Counted from the first letter of the stretch, positions 8,567 through 17,287 are shown. The stretch: 38,849 nucleotides of DNA from Candidatus Poribacteria bacterium (GCA_027296925.1 JAPUIP010000901.1:1-38849); one strand, 5' to 3'. Numbers and translations: made by a program. Notes: generated from the sequence alone by a model not told the origin.

Positions 8567-9391
8567 ATGGCATCTGATGCATCGATGGCCTTTTTGGATC
8601 ACCTTGAGGAATTCCGCCGGCGGATCATTGTCTGTGGGGTCACGATCATTTTGTTTATGGTCGTGAGCCTATCTTTTAGCCAGGTGACCATGAGAATCCT
8701 CATGTTCCCGTTAAACATGCCAATCAACACGTTGTTGGCAGCCGTGATTGATCGCACCGTCGGTTCAGAGGGGTCAATCATGGGTTTTTTTTCAATCGCG
8801 CTAAGGGCGAGTGGTTCGAGCATTGACGCTGAAATTATTAAAGGCGGCGTGATTGAAGGGATCATGGCTTACCTGAAAATCAGCATCACCTGCGGTGTTC
8901 TCCTGGCCTCCCCCGTTATTCTGTATCAGGTGTGGGCGTTTGTCTTTCCCGCGTTAACCCAACAGGAGAAAAGGTTCGCGCTTCCGCTGTTTCTGATCAT
9001 CGTATTCTTTTTCCTGGTGGGTGCCATTTTTGCCTACTTCATTGTCATCCCCGTTATTCTGGAATTCTCTGCCAAACTTTTCCCAGACCTGGCGAACCTG
9101 TGGGAATTAGAGAGATACGTGAACTTCCTAACGCGCTTGCTGCTTGGATTTGGTATTGCGTTTGAACTCCCGATTGTCATGGCGTTTCTGTCACGGATTG
9201 GCGTGATTAACGCCCAGGGATTCCGCGAACGACAGAGCTATGCGGTCGTTGGCATCTTTACAATGTCAGCGATGTTAACTCCAGCAGATGTATTGTCCAT
9301 GTTATTGATGGGAATTCCGCTGATGTTGTTATATCAATTGGGAATCTTCTTCGCCTTTCTTGTAGAACAGGAGCCTGAAAGCTATGCCTAA
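8567..9391 (+). CDS. tatC: Twin-arginine translocase subunit TatC (with enlarged first periplasmic loop)
   Basis: N-terminal HLEEFRRR motif, six hydrophobic segments, PVILYQVWAFVFPAL...E and LTPADV motifs typical of TatC. Confidence 0.9.
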   Translation: MASDASMAFLDHLEEFRRRIIVCGVTIILFMVVSLSFSQVTMRILMFPLNMPINTLLAAVIDRTVGSEGSIMGFFSIALRASGSSIDAEIIKGGVIEGIMAYLKISITCGVLLASPVILYQVWAFVFPALTQQEKRFALPLFLIIVFFFLVGAIFAYFIVIPVILEFSAKLFPDLANLWELERYVNFLTRLLLGFGIAFELPIVMAFLSRIGVINAQGFRERQSYAVVGIFTMSAMLTPADVLSMLLMGIPLMLLYQLGIFFAFLVEQEPESYA

Positions 9392-10145
9392 TCTCGACTT
9401 GCCGGAACAACTACGATTGTTGTATGAGTTTCAACAGATTGACATGGAAATCCTGGCGTTGCATCACAAACTGAAGTCCGTTCCACTCAAGATCAAAAAG
9501 TTAGAGAAAGGCTTTCAAATTCATCAACAAAAATTACAGGCAAAGCAAGAGGAACTGGGGGACGCGGAGAAAGAGCAGCGATCCAAAACGGCTCAGCTTG
9601 ACATGCATCAAGAACAGCGCCTGAAGTTCCAGGCACAGTTGCGCGAGGTGAAAACCAATAGAGAATATCAGGCACTCGATAAAGAGATCAGTTTCCTCGA
9701 TGCAAAAGATGCAGAAATAGAAGACGAGATTTTAGCTGTGATGTTGCAGATTGATCAACTCACAGAGGAACTCGATCGTCAACAGGAGGAGCTTGAGGCA
9801 GAGCAAACGAAGAAAAACCAGCAAGAAGCCTTATACCGGCAGGAAACTGAAAATCTCCAAGCACAGATTGTGGCATGGCAAGAAAAACGTCGGGGATTAT
9901 TTCATAGAATCGATCAAGGCTTGATGGTGCAGTATCTAGAGGGGTTCAAACGCAAACGTACGGGAATTATTTCTCTGGTCACCAGCAATATATGTAACAA
10001 TTGTCATCTCACCATTCCGCCTCAAACGTTGAAGGAAGCGCGTAAATATGAGCAATTCATCCGTTGTGGAAGCTGTAAACACATTCTTTACATCCCGCCT
10101 CCCGTTCCTGACGATGTCTCTTCGGCGGACGCCACCTCTGATTAA
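9384..10145 (+). CDS. Coiled-coil protein with C-terminal C4 zinc ribbon (COG1579 / zf-RING_7-like)
   Basis: About 190 aa of heptad-rich coiled coil are followed by CNNC-x20-CGSC. It overlaps the tatC stop by 8 nt. Confidence 0.72.
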   Translation: MPNLDLPEQLRLLYEFQQIDMEILALHHKLKSVPLKIKKLEKGFQIHQQKLQAKQEELGDAEKEQRSKTAQLDMHQEQRLKFQAQLREVKTNREYQALDKEISFLDAKDAEIEDEILAVMLQIDQLTEELDRQQEELEAEQTKKNQQEALYRQETENLQAQIVAWQEKRRGLFHRIDQGLMVQYLEGFKRKRTGIISLVTSNICNNCHLTIPPQTLKEARKYEQFIRCGSCKHILYIPPPVPDDVSSADATSD

Positions 10146-10443
10146 ATCCCGCCTTCAATCTCTACCATCGGTAATCCCAAAATCCTTTTGACCTACCTTT
10201 CGCTAACACGATATTTAGCCCCGCATTTAATTCCAGATCGATGACCTTCTATTACTTCCTCCGCCAGGCACCTCATGAAACCGACTCGAACCTCTTGCGT
10301 TTATCCCGGTATGTGAGGGCCAGTACCGGAATTGTATTGCGTCACTCAGCCTCTGTTCTGAGAGAAATGCTATGCCGCGAACCCGCTAATAGGAGTCCCC
10401 TCACATTTTGGCGTGCAAAACCTGTTTGGCTTGGAGGGAATTG

Positions 10444-11301
10444 ATGTCCGTAAAAAAGCAGAAACTGCTGCTTACTATAATAGTGATGCCGCTCCTATGT
10501 CTATTCAGTGTCGGATTATCAGCCGACGCGCCTGAGCTCGTGCAAGAGGGGCCTGAGATAGAGTCACCATTTCGGCTGAAAACTATCGTGCTCGATGCCG
10601 GACACGGCGGCAGAGACCCCGGCAAAGTGAGTCCGTGGCGTGTAGAGGAAAAGGATATTAACCTCGCGATCGTGTTTAAACTCTCGGCATTAATTCATGA
10701 GAAAACAGAATATGAAGTCTATCTCACCCGATCGACGGATCGCTGGGTTTCATTGGCAGACCGTGCGCGGCTTGCCAATCGGTTTCCGGCAGATCAGACG
10801 CTTTTTATCAGCATCCACTGCAACGCTCATACAGATCGAAGTGTCCACGGATTGGAAAGTTATATTTTCAATCTGAAAGCCACCGATAAACTCGCTGCCC
10901 GGTTAGCCCGCTGGGAAAACGCCGAAGAAATCGCGAATCCCATCGATTTTATTGTCAACAACCTGTATCAAAGAGGTAGCGAAAAATATAGTTGGGCGGC
11001 TGCACGGATTGTGCAATCTGTGCTTGTCTCCGACCTCAAAATCCGAAATCGGAATCAGAATGCGCCCGACAAATTGGTGAGACGTGCCCCTTTTCGCGTC
11101 CTTGTTGATACAAAAATGCCAGCCCTTCTGATCGAGTTGGGATATTTGTCCAACAGAGCGGAACATGAGAAACTCAACTCAGCTGCCTACCAGGACAAGG
11201 TCGCGAAGGCGCTGCTGACATCAATTCAACAGTTCGATCAGTCGATACGCGAAGCTCCGAAGAATGGCAATATGGCGGGTTTGCCTTCACTCGATCGCTG
11301 A
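10444..11301 (+). CDS. N-acetylmuramoyl-L-alanine amidase (Amidase_3, AmiA/B/C type), secreted
   Basis: Signal-peptide-like N-terminus plus LDAGHGGRDPG, ISIHCNA and ALLIELGYLSN motifs. ATG 10444 has SD GGAGGG 5 nt upstream. The ORF-track start 10408 looks like an over-extension. Confidence 0.85.
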   Translation: MSVKKQKLLLTIIVMPLLCLFSVGLSADAPELVQEGPEIESPFRLKTIVLDAGHGGRDPGKVSPWRVEEKDINLAIVFKLSALIHEKTEYEVYLTRSTDRWVSLADRARLANRFPADQTLFISIHCNAHTDRSVHGLESYIFNLKATDKLAARLARWENAEEIANPIDFIVNNLYQRGSEKYSWAAARIVQSVLVSDLKIRNRNQNAPDKLVRRAPFRVLVDTKMPALLIELGYLSNRAEHEKLNSAAYQDKVAKALLTSIQQFDQSIREAPKNGNMAGLPSLDR

Positions 11302-11340
11302 GATTTTATCAGGGGCTGTCTTGTCGTGTTTTTGTAACCG

Positions 11341-12102
11341 ATGATCCGTTATCACGTTGTTGATGCATTTGAGAAGACCGGATTGGTTCAAGCGGTGACA
11401 AGTATTCGCCGAGGTGGCGTGAGTCGCGCGCCTTACCATTCGTTGAACCTTGGTGCGCATGTTGACGATGATTCGGCAGCGGTGAGCGTCAACCGGCAGA
11501 TTTTCTTTCGTCAGATTGGGCTGGATGCACGGCATTTCGTGCACTGCCGCCAAATTCACAGCAACCGCGTGTGGTTCATCGATCCAGCCGCCCCCCTTTT
11601 GCAAGCCTCCCCCGTCGAAGCGGACGCAATAATAACGGCTCATCCCTCCCTCGCACCGGGTGTATTTACCGCGGATTGTGTGCCGATCTTCATTTTGGAT
11701 GCGGCAACCCCCGCAATCGGCATGGTCCATGCCGGCTGGCGTGGCACGTTGACAGAGATCGCCGCGCAGACCATCCGCGCGATGCGAGAACACTTCGGCA
11801 CCGCTCCCTCAGCATGTTTGGCTCATCTCGGTCCCTCAATCCAAAAGTGCTGCTACACGGTGAGCATATCCCTCGCAGACCAATTTGAACAGGCTTTTGG
11901 GCCACGTGTGCGGAGCGACGAATGCACACTTGACCTCCAAACGGCAAACGCAAACCAACTCCTTCAGGCAGGCGTGCCGCCCGATGCGATCTCTGTTTCG
12001 CCATTTTGCACCGCTTGCCGAACCGATCTTTTCTATTCTCATCGAGCAGAGGGCGGACGGACGGGACGGATGCTTTCCTTAATCAGGCTGCATGGAGACT
12101 AG
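11341..12102 (+). CDS. pgeF: YfiH/PgeF family (DUF152, laccase-domain) peptidoglycan-editing / purine nucleoside phosphorylase-type protein
   Basis: Motifs QIHSNRV, EADAIIT, FTADCVPIF, VHAGWRG, CCY, SHR in the characteristic order. Confidence 0.85.
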   Translation: MIRYHVVDAFEKTGLVQAVTSIRRGGVSRAPYHSLNLGAHVDDDSAAVSVNRQIFFRQIGLDARHFVHCRQIHSNRVWFIDPAAPLLQASPVEADAIITAHPSLAPGVFTADCVPIFILDAATPAIGMVHAGWRGTLTEIAAQTIRAMREHFGTAPSACLAHLGPSIQKCCYTVSISLADQFEQAFGPRVRSDECTLDLQTANANQLLQAGVPPDAISVSPFCTACRTDLFYSHRAEGGRTGRMLSLIRLHGD

Positions 12103-12193
12103 GTTTGCTCTTGCAATCGCTTCTCGAAATGTGCTATCATTTAACCGTTTCGTAGACTTCTGCTGACCTGCTATTGCAAAAGGAGAAGGGCAA

Positions 12194-12883
12194 GTGGCTT
12201 CCATTCAGGAAAACCTCTCACGGCTTCAAGATCGAATCGCTAAAGCCGCCGAACGCTCCGGACACGATCCGCATTCAATATGCCTCGTCGCCGTTTCTAA
12301 AACCAAGCCTGCCAGCCTTATTTTGGAAGCGATTGATGCAGGCGTCACAGACATCGGTGAAAACCGCGTTCAGGAGGCGCAGAGCAAGTGGAATCAGATT
12401 GACCGCTCGGTGAGGTGGCATCTCGTCGGGCATTTGCAGCGAAATAAAGTAAAACAAGCATTAGCGATTTTTGACCTCATCCATTCCGTTGATAGCTTGC
12501 GACTCCTTGCCGAGATTGATCGCCGGTCCGCGCAATTGAACCGGCGGACAGATGTATTGATTCAGGTCAACACCTCGGGCGAACCAAGTAAGCACGGTAT
12601 CGAACCGGATCAGACGCTTGACCTGATTGAAAGTGGGCTCGAATACGAGCATGTCCGAATCAACGGCCTCATGACGATCGGTGCGTTTCTGCCCGATCCG
12701 GAAGCTGTTCGTCCATCATTCGTATTGTTGCAGCAACTCCGGGAAAAAATTGTCGGTCAGCAGTTTCCGGAAGTTGACATGGAATACCTGTCGATGGGAA
12801 TGACGAATGATTTTGAGGTTGCGATTGAAGAAGGAGCAAATCTCGTTCGAGTTGGGACGGCAATCTTTGGGGCGCGAGAGTAA
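12194..12883 (+). CDS. yggS: PLP-homeostasis protein YggS/YlmE (PLPBP family)
   Basis: VAVSKTKP (PLP lysine), HLVGHLQRNK, HSVDS, LSMGMTNDFEVAIEEGANLVRVGTAIFG. GTG start with SD AAAGGAG upstream. Confidence 0.9.
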   Translation: MASIQENLSRLQDRIAKAAERSGHDPHSICLVAVSKTKPASLILEAIDAGVTDIGENRVQEAQSKWNQIDRSVRWHLVGHLQRNKVKQALAIFDLIHSVDSLRLLAEIDRRSAQLNRRTDVLIQVNTSGEPSKHGIEPDQTLDLIESGLEYEHVRINGLMTIGAFLPDPEAVRPSFVLLQQLREKIVGQQFPEVDMEYLSMGMTNDFEVAIEEGANLVRVGTAIFGARE

Positions 12884-12890
12884 CCGATAG

Positions 12891-12925
12891 CGAATGTGCA
12901 AACCGGTATTTGATTCGCACATTCG
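12891..12925 (+). other. Intercistronic hairpin between yggS and proC
   Basis: Perfect 9-bp inverted repeat CGAATGTGC (12891-12899) / GCACATTCG (12917-12925) with a 17-nt loop. No T-run follows, and it lies just upstream of the proC SD. Confidence 0.35.
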
Positions 12926-12943
12926 AGGGTAGGAGATAGAATT

Positions 12944-13759
12944 TTGGATACAAAACTTCGAGTGGGTGTTATCGCAGTTGGCAATATGGGAGGCGCAATC
13001 GTTAGAGGCGTGGCGAGCAATCTGCTCCCGCCTGAGCAGGTGTGGATCACGGATATCTACCAGCCCGCCGTCGATCAGTTGTGCAATGAACTCGGCGTGA
13101 ATCGAGCGGAAGACATCCCCCAATTGGTCGAAAATGTAGATTTCCTGTTATATACAGCGAAGCCGAACAATGTACCAGATATTTTCCCAGCAATCGCTGC
13201 TACCATCCAGTCACCGCCGCAGTGGCTGATCTCCATTGCAGCGGGGGTGCCCATCGCGCAATTAGAATCTTACTTCGCTTCTCCTCCTCCGCCAATTATT
13301 CGTGTGATGCCGAACATCGCCGTGTCCGCCAGAGCAGGGATAGCCGCCATCGCTTCAGGCAGTGCAGCGACGCCCGATCATCTTTCGGTGACACAAGCTA
13401 TTTTTAATGCTGTGGGAAAGTCCTTAGTCATGGACGAGAAAAACCTCGACGCTGTCACGGGTTTGAGTGGCAGTGGTCCCGCATTCGTGTGTCTCTTCAT
13501 CGAAGCGCTTGCCGACGCAGGAGTCCAGGTTGGATTGGCTCGCCCAGACGCATATCAGCTTGCGCTACAGACTGTACTGGGAACCAGCAAAATGCTGGAG
13601 CAGACCGGAGAACATCCGGCGGTTCTGAAAAATCGGGTCACCACACCTGGCGGGACAACGGCGGCTGGGTTGCATGAACTGGAACATGGACGCCTGCGGG
13701 CAATTGTTGCGGATGCCGTGATTGCCGCAACGAAACGCGCGGAAGCACTCGCGAATTGA
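12944..13759 (+). CDS. proC: Pyrroline-5-carboxylate reductase
   Basis: N-terminal Rossmann motif VGVIAVGNMGGAI; C-terminal VTTPGGTTAAGLHELE signature. TTG start with SD AGGAG upstream. Confidence 0.9.
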   Translation: MDTKLRVGVIAVGNMGGAIVRGVASNLLPPEQVWITDIYQPAVDQLCNELGVNRAEDIPQLVENVDFLLYTAKPNNVPDIFPAIAATIQSPPQWLISIAAGVPIAQLESYFASPPPPIIRVMPNIAVSARAGIAAIASGSAATPDHLSVTQAIFNAVGKSLVMDEKNLDAVTGLSGSGPAFVCLFIEALADAGVQVGLARPDAYQLALQTVLGTSKMLEQTGEHPAVLKNRVTTPGGTTAAGLHELEHGRLRAIVADAVIAATKRAEALAN

Positions 13760-13783
13760 CCGCTTTGGAAAGGAATTCTAAAT

Positions 13784-14056
13784 ATGACTGGAATACTTGG
13801 CCCAATATTGAGCGAAGCGATTCGCCTCTATACATTCGTTGTGCTTGTTAATGTAATACTATCCTGGTTTGTGCACAGTTCCAAGAATATGACAGTGCGG
13901 AAAATCTATGGGATGACCGGTCAGTTCGTCGATCCGGTTTTGGATCCAATTCGCCGCGTCCTCAGTCCGATGACGCGAGGCTTCGGCATCGATATTTCAC
14001 CCATCGTTTTAATTGTGTTTTTGCAAGTGCTTCAAAAGATGGTGATCGCCCTCTGA
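13784..14056 (+). CDS. yggT: YggT/YlmG family small membrane protein
   Basis: 90 aa with two hydrophobic helices and the YggT-like pattern (...LSWF...DPVLDPIRRVL...ISPIVL...). It sits at the conserved position after proC/yggS. Confidence 0.8.
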   Translation: MTGILGPILSEAIRLYTFVVLVNVILSWFVHSSKNMTVRKIYGMTGQFVDPVLDPIRRVLSPMTRGFGIDISPIVLIVFLQVLQKMVIAL

Positions 14057-14143
14057 TGTAGACGCGCGAAGTCGAGCCCCGATTTTATCAGGACATTTCG
14101 CCATGGGGCAAGCGCATCGTCTGGGTATGGACGGGAACCAAGC

Positions 14144-14668
14144 ATGAAAATCACAGCCGTGGATATTCATAGTCAAGGGTTCAGAAAGCGATTTCGCGGA
14201 TACGATCGAGATGAAGTTGAAAGCTTCCTTGAGGCGATCGCCAAAAGTTTTGAGGAACTGACCAGAGAAAATCACGAGCTTTCTGAACAGATCCAACGCC
14301 TCGAAGATCAGGTTGAAGAACATCGACGCAAGGAGCAGAGCATCTACGAAGCGCTGTTGCAAGCACATCAGTACGGCGAGGAAGCCAAAGGCACCGCTGA
14401 GCGTGAGAGTGAGCTTATCTTGCGAGAAGCCAAATTTGAAGCGGACAACATTATTCGACAGGCGGAAGATAAAGCGGATGGGATTCGCCAAGAGATTATG
14501 ATCTTACAGCATGAGAAGGAACGGTTTATCACTGAATACCGGGCGTTGCTTCATGTACAATTGAAGATGCTAGCGAAAAAGGAACAGCAGACCGCAATTC
14601 AGTACGGCAACACGGAAGTTGCAAAAGGTTTGAATGAGATTACCATTCTGGAAAGTTCTAACGGCTAG
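14144..14668 (+). CDS. divIVA: DivIVA-domain protein
   Basis: N-terminal ITAVDIHSQGFRKRFRGYDRDEVESFLEAI is the DivIVA lipid-binding domain signature, followed by a coiled coil. Confidence 0.85.
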   Translation: MKITAVDIHSQGFRKRFRGYDRDEVESFLEAIAKSFEELTRENHELSEQIQRLEDQVEEHRRKEQSIYEALLQAHQYGEEAKGTAERESELILREAKFEADNIIRQAEDKADGIRQEIMILQHEKERFITEYRALLHVQLKMLAKKEQQTAIQYGNTEVAKGLNEITILESSNG

Positions 14669-14839
14669 ATTGGTTTATGGATTTTGAGAAGACAGTTCGG
14701 GGGTAGATGCAGGAGTAGAGGGACATGTCCGCCTCATTCTTGGGCGAAAGAAGCGGGAGGCCGGGTGCACACTTCACGGAACCTTCCATACAATAATCAT
14801 ACCGCACGAGGAGATTTATTGGCCCACGCCTAACGAACT

Positions 14840-17287
14840 ATGGATAGAGTAACCGCCTTGTCTGGACGCACTTTCTCAGCACTTCACCCGCTCACTGAGG
14901 ATAGGATTGCGGAATGCTGGCAGGAAATCGACATTTACACACAACTTGCTCAGCGAGCCGCAGCCACACATTATATCCTCCGGGAAATGCCCACTCCCAT
15001 TCATCATTTCCGACTGGATACCCTCAAGTGTAAAATCCATCAAGATGTCTTTCTTAAAGTCAACATGATGCAGGGCAAAGGTGTGGCATACACGCCGTAC
15101 TGGAATTATTATACGCCCGTCGTCGAGCGAAGGGAGTTGCATTCAGAACCGGAAGACAGCACCTTCGATTCGCTGCGATTCCGGCGACAGTGCCGGCGTG
15201 AGTTTCAGCATGGGGTAAAGCACCGGCAGCAGCAACTTGAGGCACTTGGCATTTTTGGAGATTGCGAGGGTATCGGCAAAACTCTGGATACTCGCGATGA
15301 AGTGAAGATTATCAATACCTTCAGTCAATTGTGGGAACGGGGTTACTTGATTAAAGATCGTCAATTGAGCTATTGGTGCCAAAAATGTCAGACGACTTTA
15401 GATGCGGATGAGATTGAAATTCGCCCCGCTGAGGCATATTCAGGGTACGTAAAATTTCCTGTGAGCATTGGTTTGGAGGAGTTCGGTGAGGACGTTTACT
15501 TCCTGGTGTGGCTCCAAGATCTCTGGCACCTCGCTGGAAGTGTTGCAATCGGCTTGAAGGAGGATAGTCAATACTTGATTGCTGAGTTTGGTGGTGAAGT
15601 CCTTATTCTCACTGAAGAAGACCTCTCGAATCGACTTCCTGCCGAACGCCAGAACGATGTAAGCGCATTAGAAACGTGCCGGGCTGATGTTCTGACAACG
15701 TGTACGTGCGCACATCCGTTTTTGGGAATAGATCTCCCGGTAGTCGTCGTTCCTGACCTTTCCCAGCACGACCGCAGCTCAAGCGAAGTAGCGATGTTTC
15801 CGCCGCCAACAGGTGTGCGGCATCTTGCTCCGGGACATCACCCCTACGATTATGAAGCCGCTCAAAAGTTGCAACTGGCGATACCCTCCGTTGTTGATGA
15901 TTTGGGTCGTCTCACGGAGGATTCAGACCAGCTTTGCGGACTTGAAATCTCTCAAGCCGAAAAATTCATTACCTTTGAATTGGAGAAGAGAGGATACCTG
16001 GTTTATACAGGATTCGAGGATGTGCCGCAGCCTCATTGCGGAACGTGCGGCACGCTGGCGTTATTCCGTCCGGTTCAACAGTGGATTTTTTCTTTGGACA
16101 GCAACGACTTGAGGCAGCGCGTGCTACGCTCCGATGACTCTTGGGGCCGTTGTCGCCCCCAAGATCGAGTCCAGATACAACAAACCATCGAAGACCTCTC
16201 GGACATATGTGTTTCACGCCATCGGGGTTGGAGCATTCCGATCCCTCTGCTCCAGTGTGATAGGTGTGGGTATCAACTCTCTGATGACCGTATTCTCAAA
16301 GCGACCCGCGATCTGATTTCGCGTCGTGGCACGGAGGTTTGGTTTAAGCTGAATGCTGAATACCTGTTACCGCCGAAGACCCTGTGTCCCAACTGTGAGG
16401 GGAAAGAGTTTCGGAAAGAATCCACGCTCCTGGATGGGCGTTTTGCTGTCCTTCTCAATGCAGTGAATAGATCCAAAGTTAAGAAAAAGAGTCTCGGCCC
16501 TGTCGATGTTTATTTCTTTGCCCCCAATGAATTTGACAAATGGTTTGCCCAGTTTGTCTTAACTTTGGTTGCCCTCCATGATGCTGTTCCCTCGAATATC
16601 GATTTGACAGCCGTTGGTTCGCATGTGCCGTCAATCGAAATAAACGAAAACTGGATTGATGAATACCCAAAGGACGTGCTTCGGCTACTGTGTGTCCAGC
16701 CAGATTCTGAGTCGCTGTCGATAGATAACCGGTTGCAAGCGTGTCAGAATGAATATCACATCGTTCAAACAATATGCGCTGAAATACTAAGTTGCCTCGA
16801 AGACTTTAGCTCAGAGGCACATCAACTCGCTCTGGAAACCTTACTTCCATTGGATGCACTGGCGCTATCGATGACAAACCGGGTTCTGCAAGCCGTAGAT
16901 TTTGCTTATCAGCAACGTGATTTTCATCACGCATGGTGTGTTCTCAAAGATTTTTGCCAATCTGATCTTCAACGATTTTATCTGCCGGTATTGAAGGATC
17001 GGCTCAACGTTCCAGAAACAACACGAGAAAAGCGTTCTGGTCAGACAGCATTGTGGAACATCTTGCATGTGTTAATACAAAGGTTGGCGCCCATTACACC
17101 TTTTCTATCCGAGCAGATTCACGCATTAATCCAGACGAAAAGTACGGTTTTCCCGTCTGCGGATGGAGTTGAAAATGAGAATGGTCCGGCGTTTTCAAGT
17201 GTTTTTTTGAAGGATTGGCGTACCCGGATTGACATACCGTATATTGCGGATGCAGACGCTCGCTGGAGAGAATTATCGGGTGTATAA
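14840..17287 (+). CDS. Isoleucyl-tRNA synthetase homologue (type-1 architecture) with degenerate HIGH, KMSKS and editing motifs; probable non-catalytic paralogue
   Basis: It is colinear with IleRS from the N-terminus (CWQEIDIY ~ W.E.DLY).
- Conserved: CP1 and zinc-knuckle segments (YWCQKCQTTL, HCGTCGTLALFRPVQQWIFSL, QCDRCG, LCPNCEG...LLD) and the anticodon-binding domain (FYLPVLKDR, KRSGQTALWNILHVLIQRLAPITPFLSEQI).
- HDGPPYANGxIHIGH is replaced by REMPTPIHHFRLD.
- WDCHGLPIE is replaced by WNYYTPVVE.
- EGSDQHRGWF is replaced by FAPNEFDKWF.
- The KMSKS loop is replaced and shortened (GSHVPSIEINENWIDEYPKDVLRLL).
- WTTTPWTLPAN is replaced by WLQDLWHLAGS.
- At 815 aa it lacks the C-terminal Zn-finger domain. 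Confidence 0.75.
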   Translation: MDRVTALSGRTFSALHPLTEDRIAECWQEIDIYTQLAQRAAATHYILREMPTPIHHFRLDTLKCKIHQDVFLKVNMMQGKGVAYTPYWNYYTPVVERRELHSEPEDSTFDSLRFRRQCRREFQHGVKHRQQQLEALGIFGDCEGIGKTLDTRDEVKIINTFSQLWERGYLIKDRQLSYWCQKCQTTLDADEIEIRPAEAYSGYVKFPVSIGLEEFGEDVYFLVWLQDLWHLAGSVAIGLKEDSQYLIAEFGGEVLILTEEDLSNRLPAERQNDVSALETCRADVLTTCTCAHPFLGIDLPVVVVPDLSQHDRSSSEVAMFPPPTGVRHLAPGHHPYDYEAAQKLQLAIPSVVDDLGRLTEDSDQLCGLEISQAEKFITFELEKRGYLVYTGFEDVPQPHCGTCGTLALFRPVQQWIFSLDSNDLRQRVLRSDDSWGRCRPQDRVQIQQTIEDLSDICVSRHRGWSIPIPLLQCDRCGYQLSDDRILKATRDLISRRGTEVWFKLNAEYLLPPKTLCPNCEGKEFRKESTLLDGRFAVLLNAVNRSKVKKKSLGPVDVYFFAPNEFDKWFAQFVLTLVALHDAVPSNIDLTAVGSHVPSIEINENWIDEYPKDVLRLLCVQPDSESLSIDNRLQACQNEYHIVQTICAEILSCLEDFSSEAHQLALETLLPLDALALSMTNRVLQAVDFAYQQRDFHHAWCVLKDFCQSDLQRFYLPVLKDRLNVPETTREKRSGQTALWNILHVLIQRLAPITPFLSEQIHALIQTKSTVFPSADGVENENGPAFSSVFLKDWRTRIDIPYIADADARWRELSGV

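Noticed and set aside
10270-10295. GGTTCGAGTC on the minus strand resembling a tRNA T-loop
   Set aside because: The flanking bases cannot form a 5-bp T-stem, and no acceptor or anticodon arms can be drawn.
10146-10443. Possible RNase P RNA (rnpB) after the COG1579 zinc-ribbon gene, an arrangement I recall from some actinobacterial genomes
   Set aside because: The gap (298 nt) is too short for a bacterial RNase P RNA. The P4 signatures are also wrong: there is no GGAAAGUCCGG, and the GAACCCGCUAA-like and GGAGUCCCC-like pieces are in the wrong order.
14669-14839. T-box leader upstream of the ileS-like gene, as in Firmicutes
   Set aside because: The region has no T-box sequence (AAnnGGGUGGUACCGCG-like), no specifier-loop or AGAGA-type elements, and no terminator/antiterminator pair with a U-tract. 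It is also shorter than typical T-box leaders.
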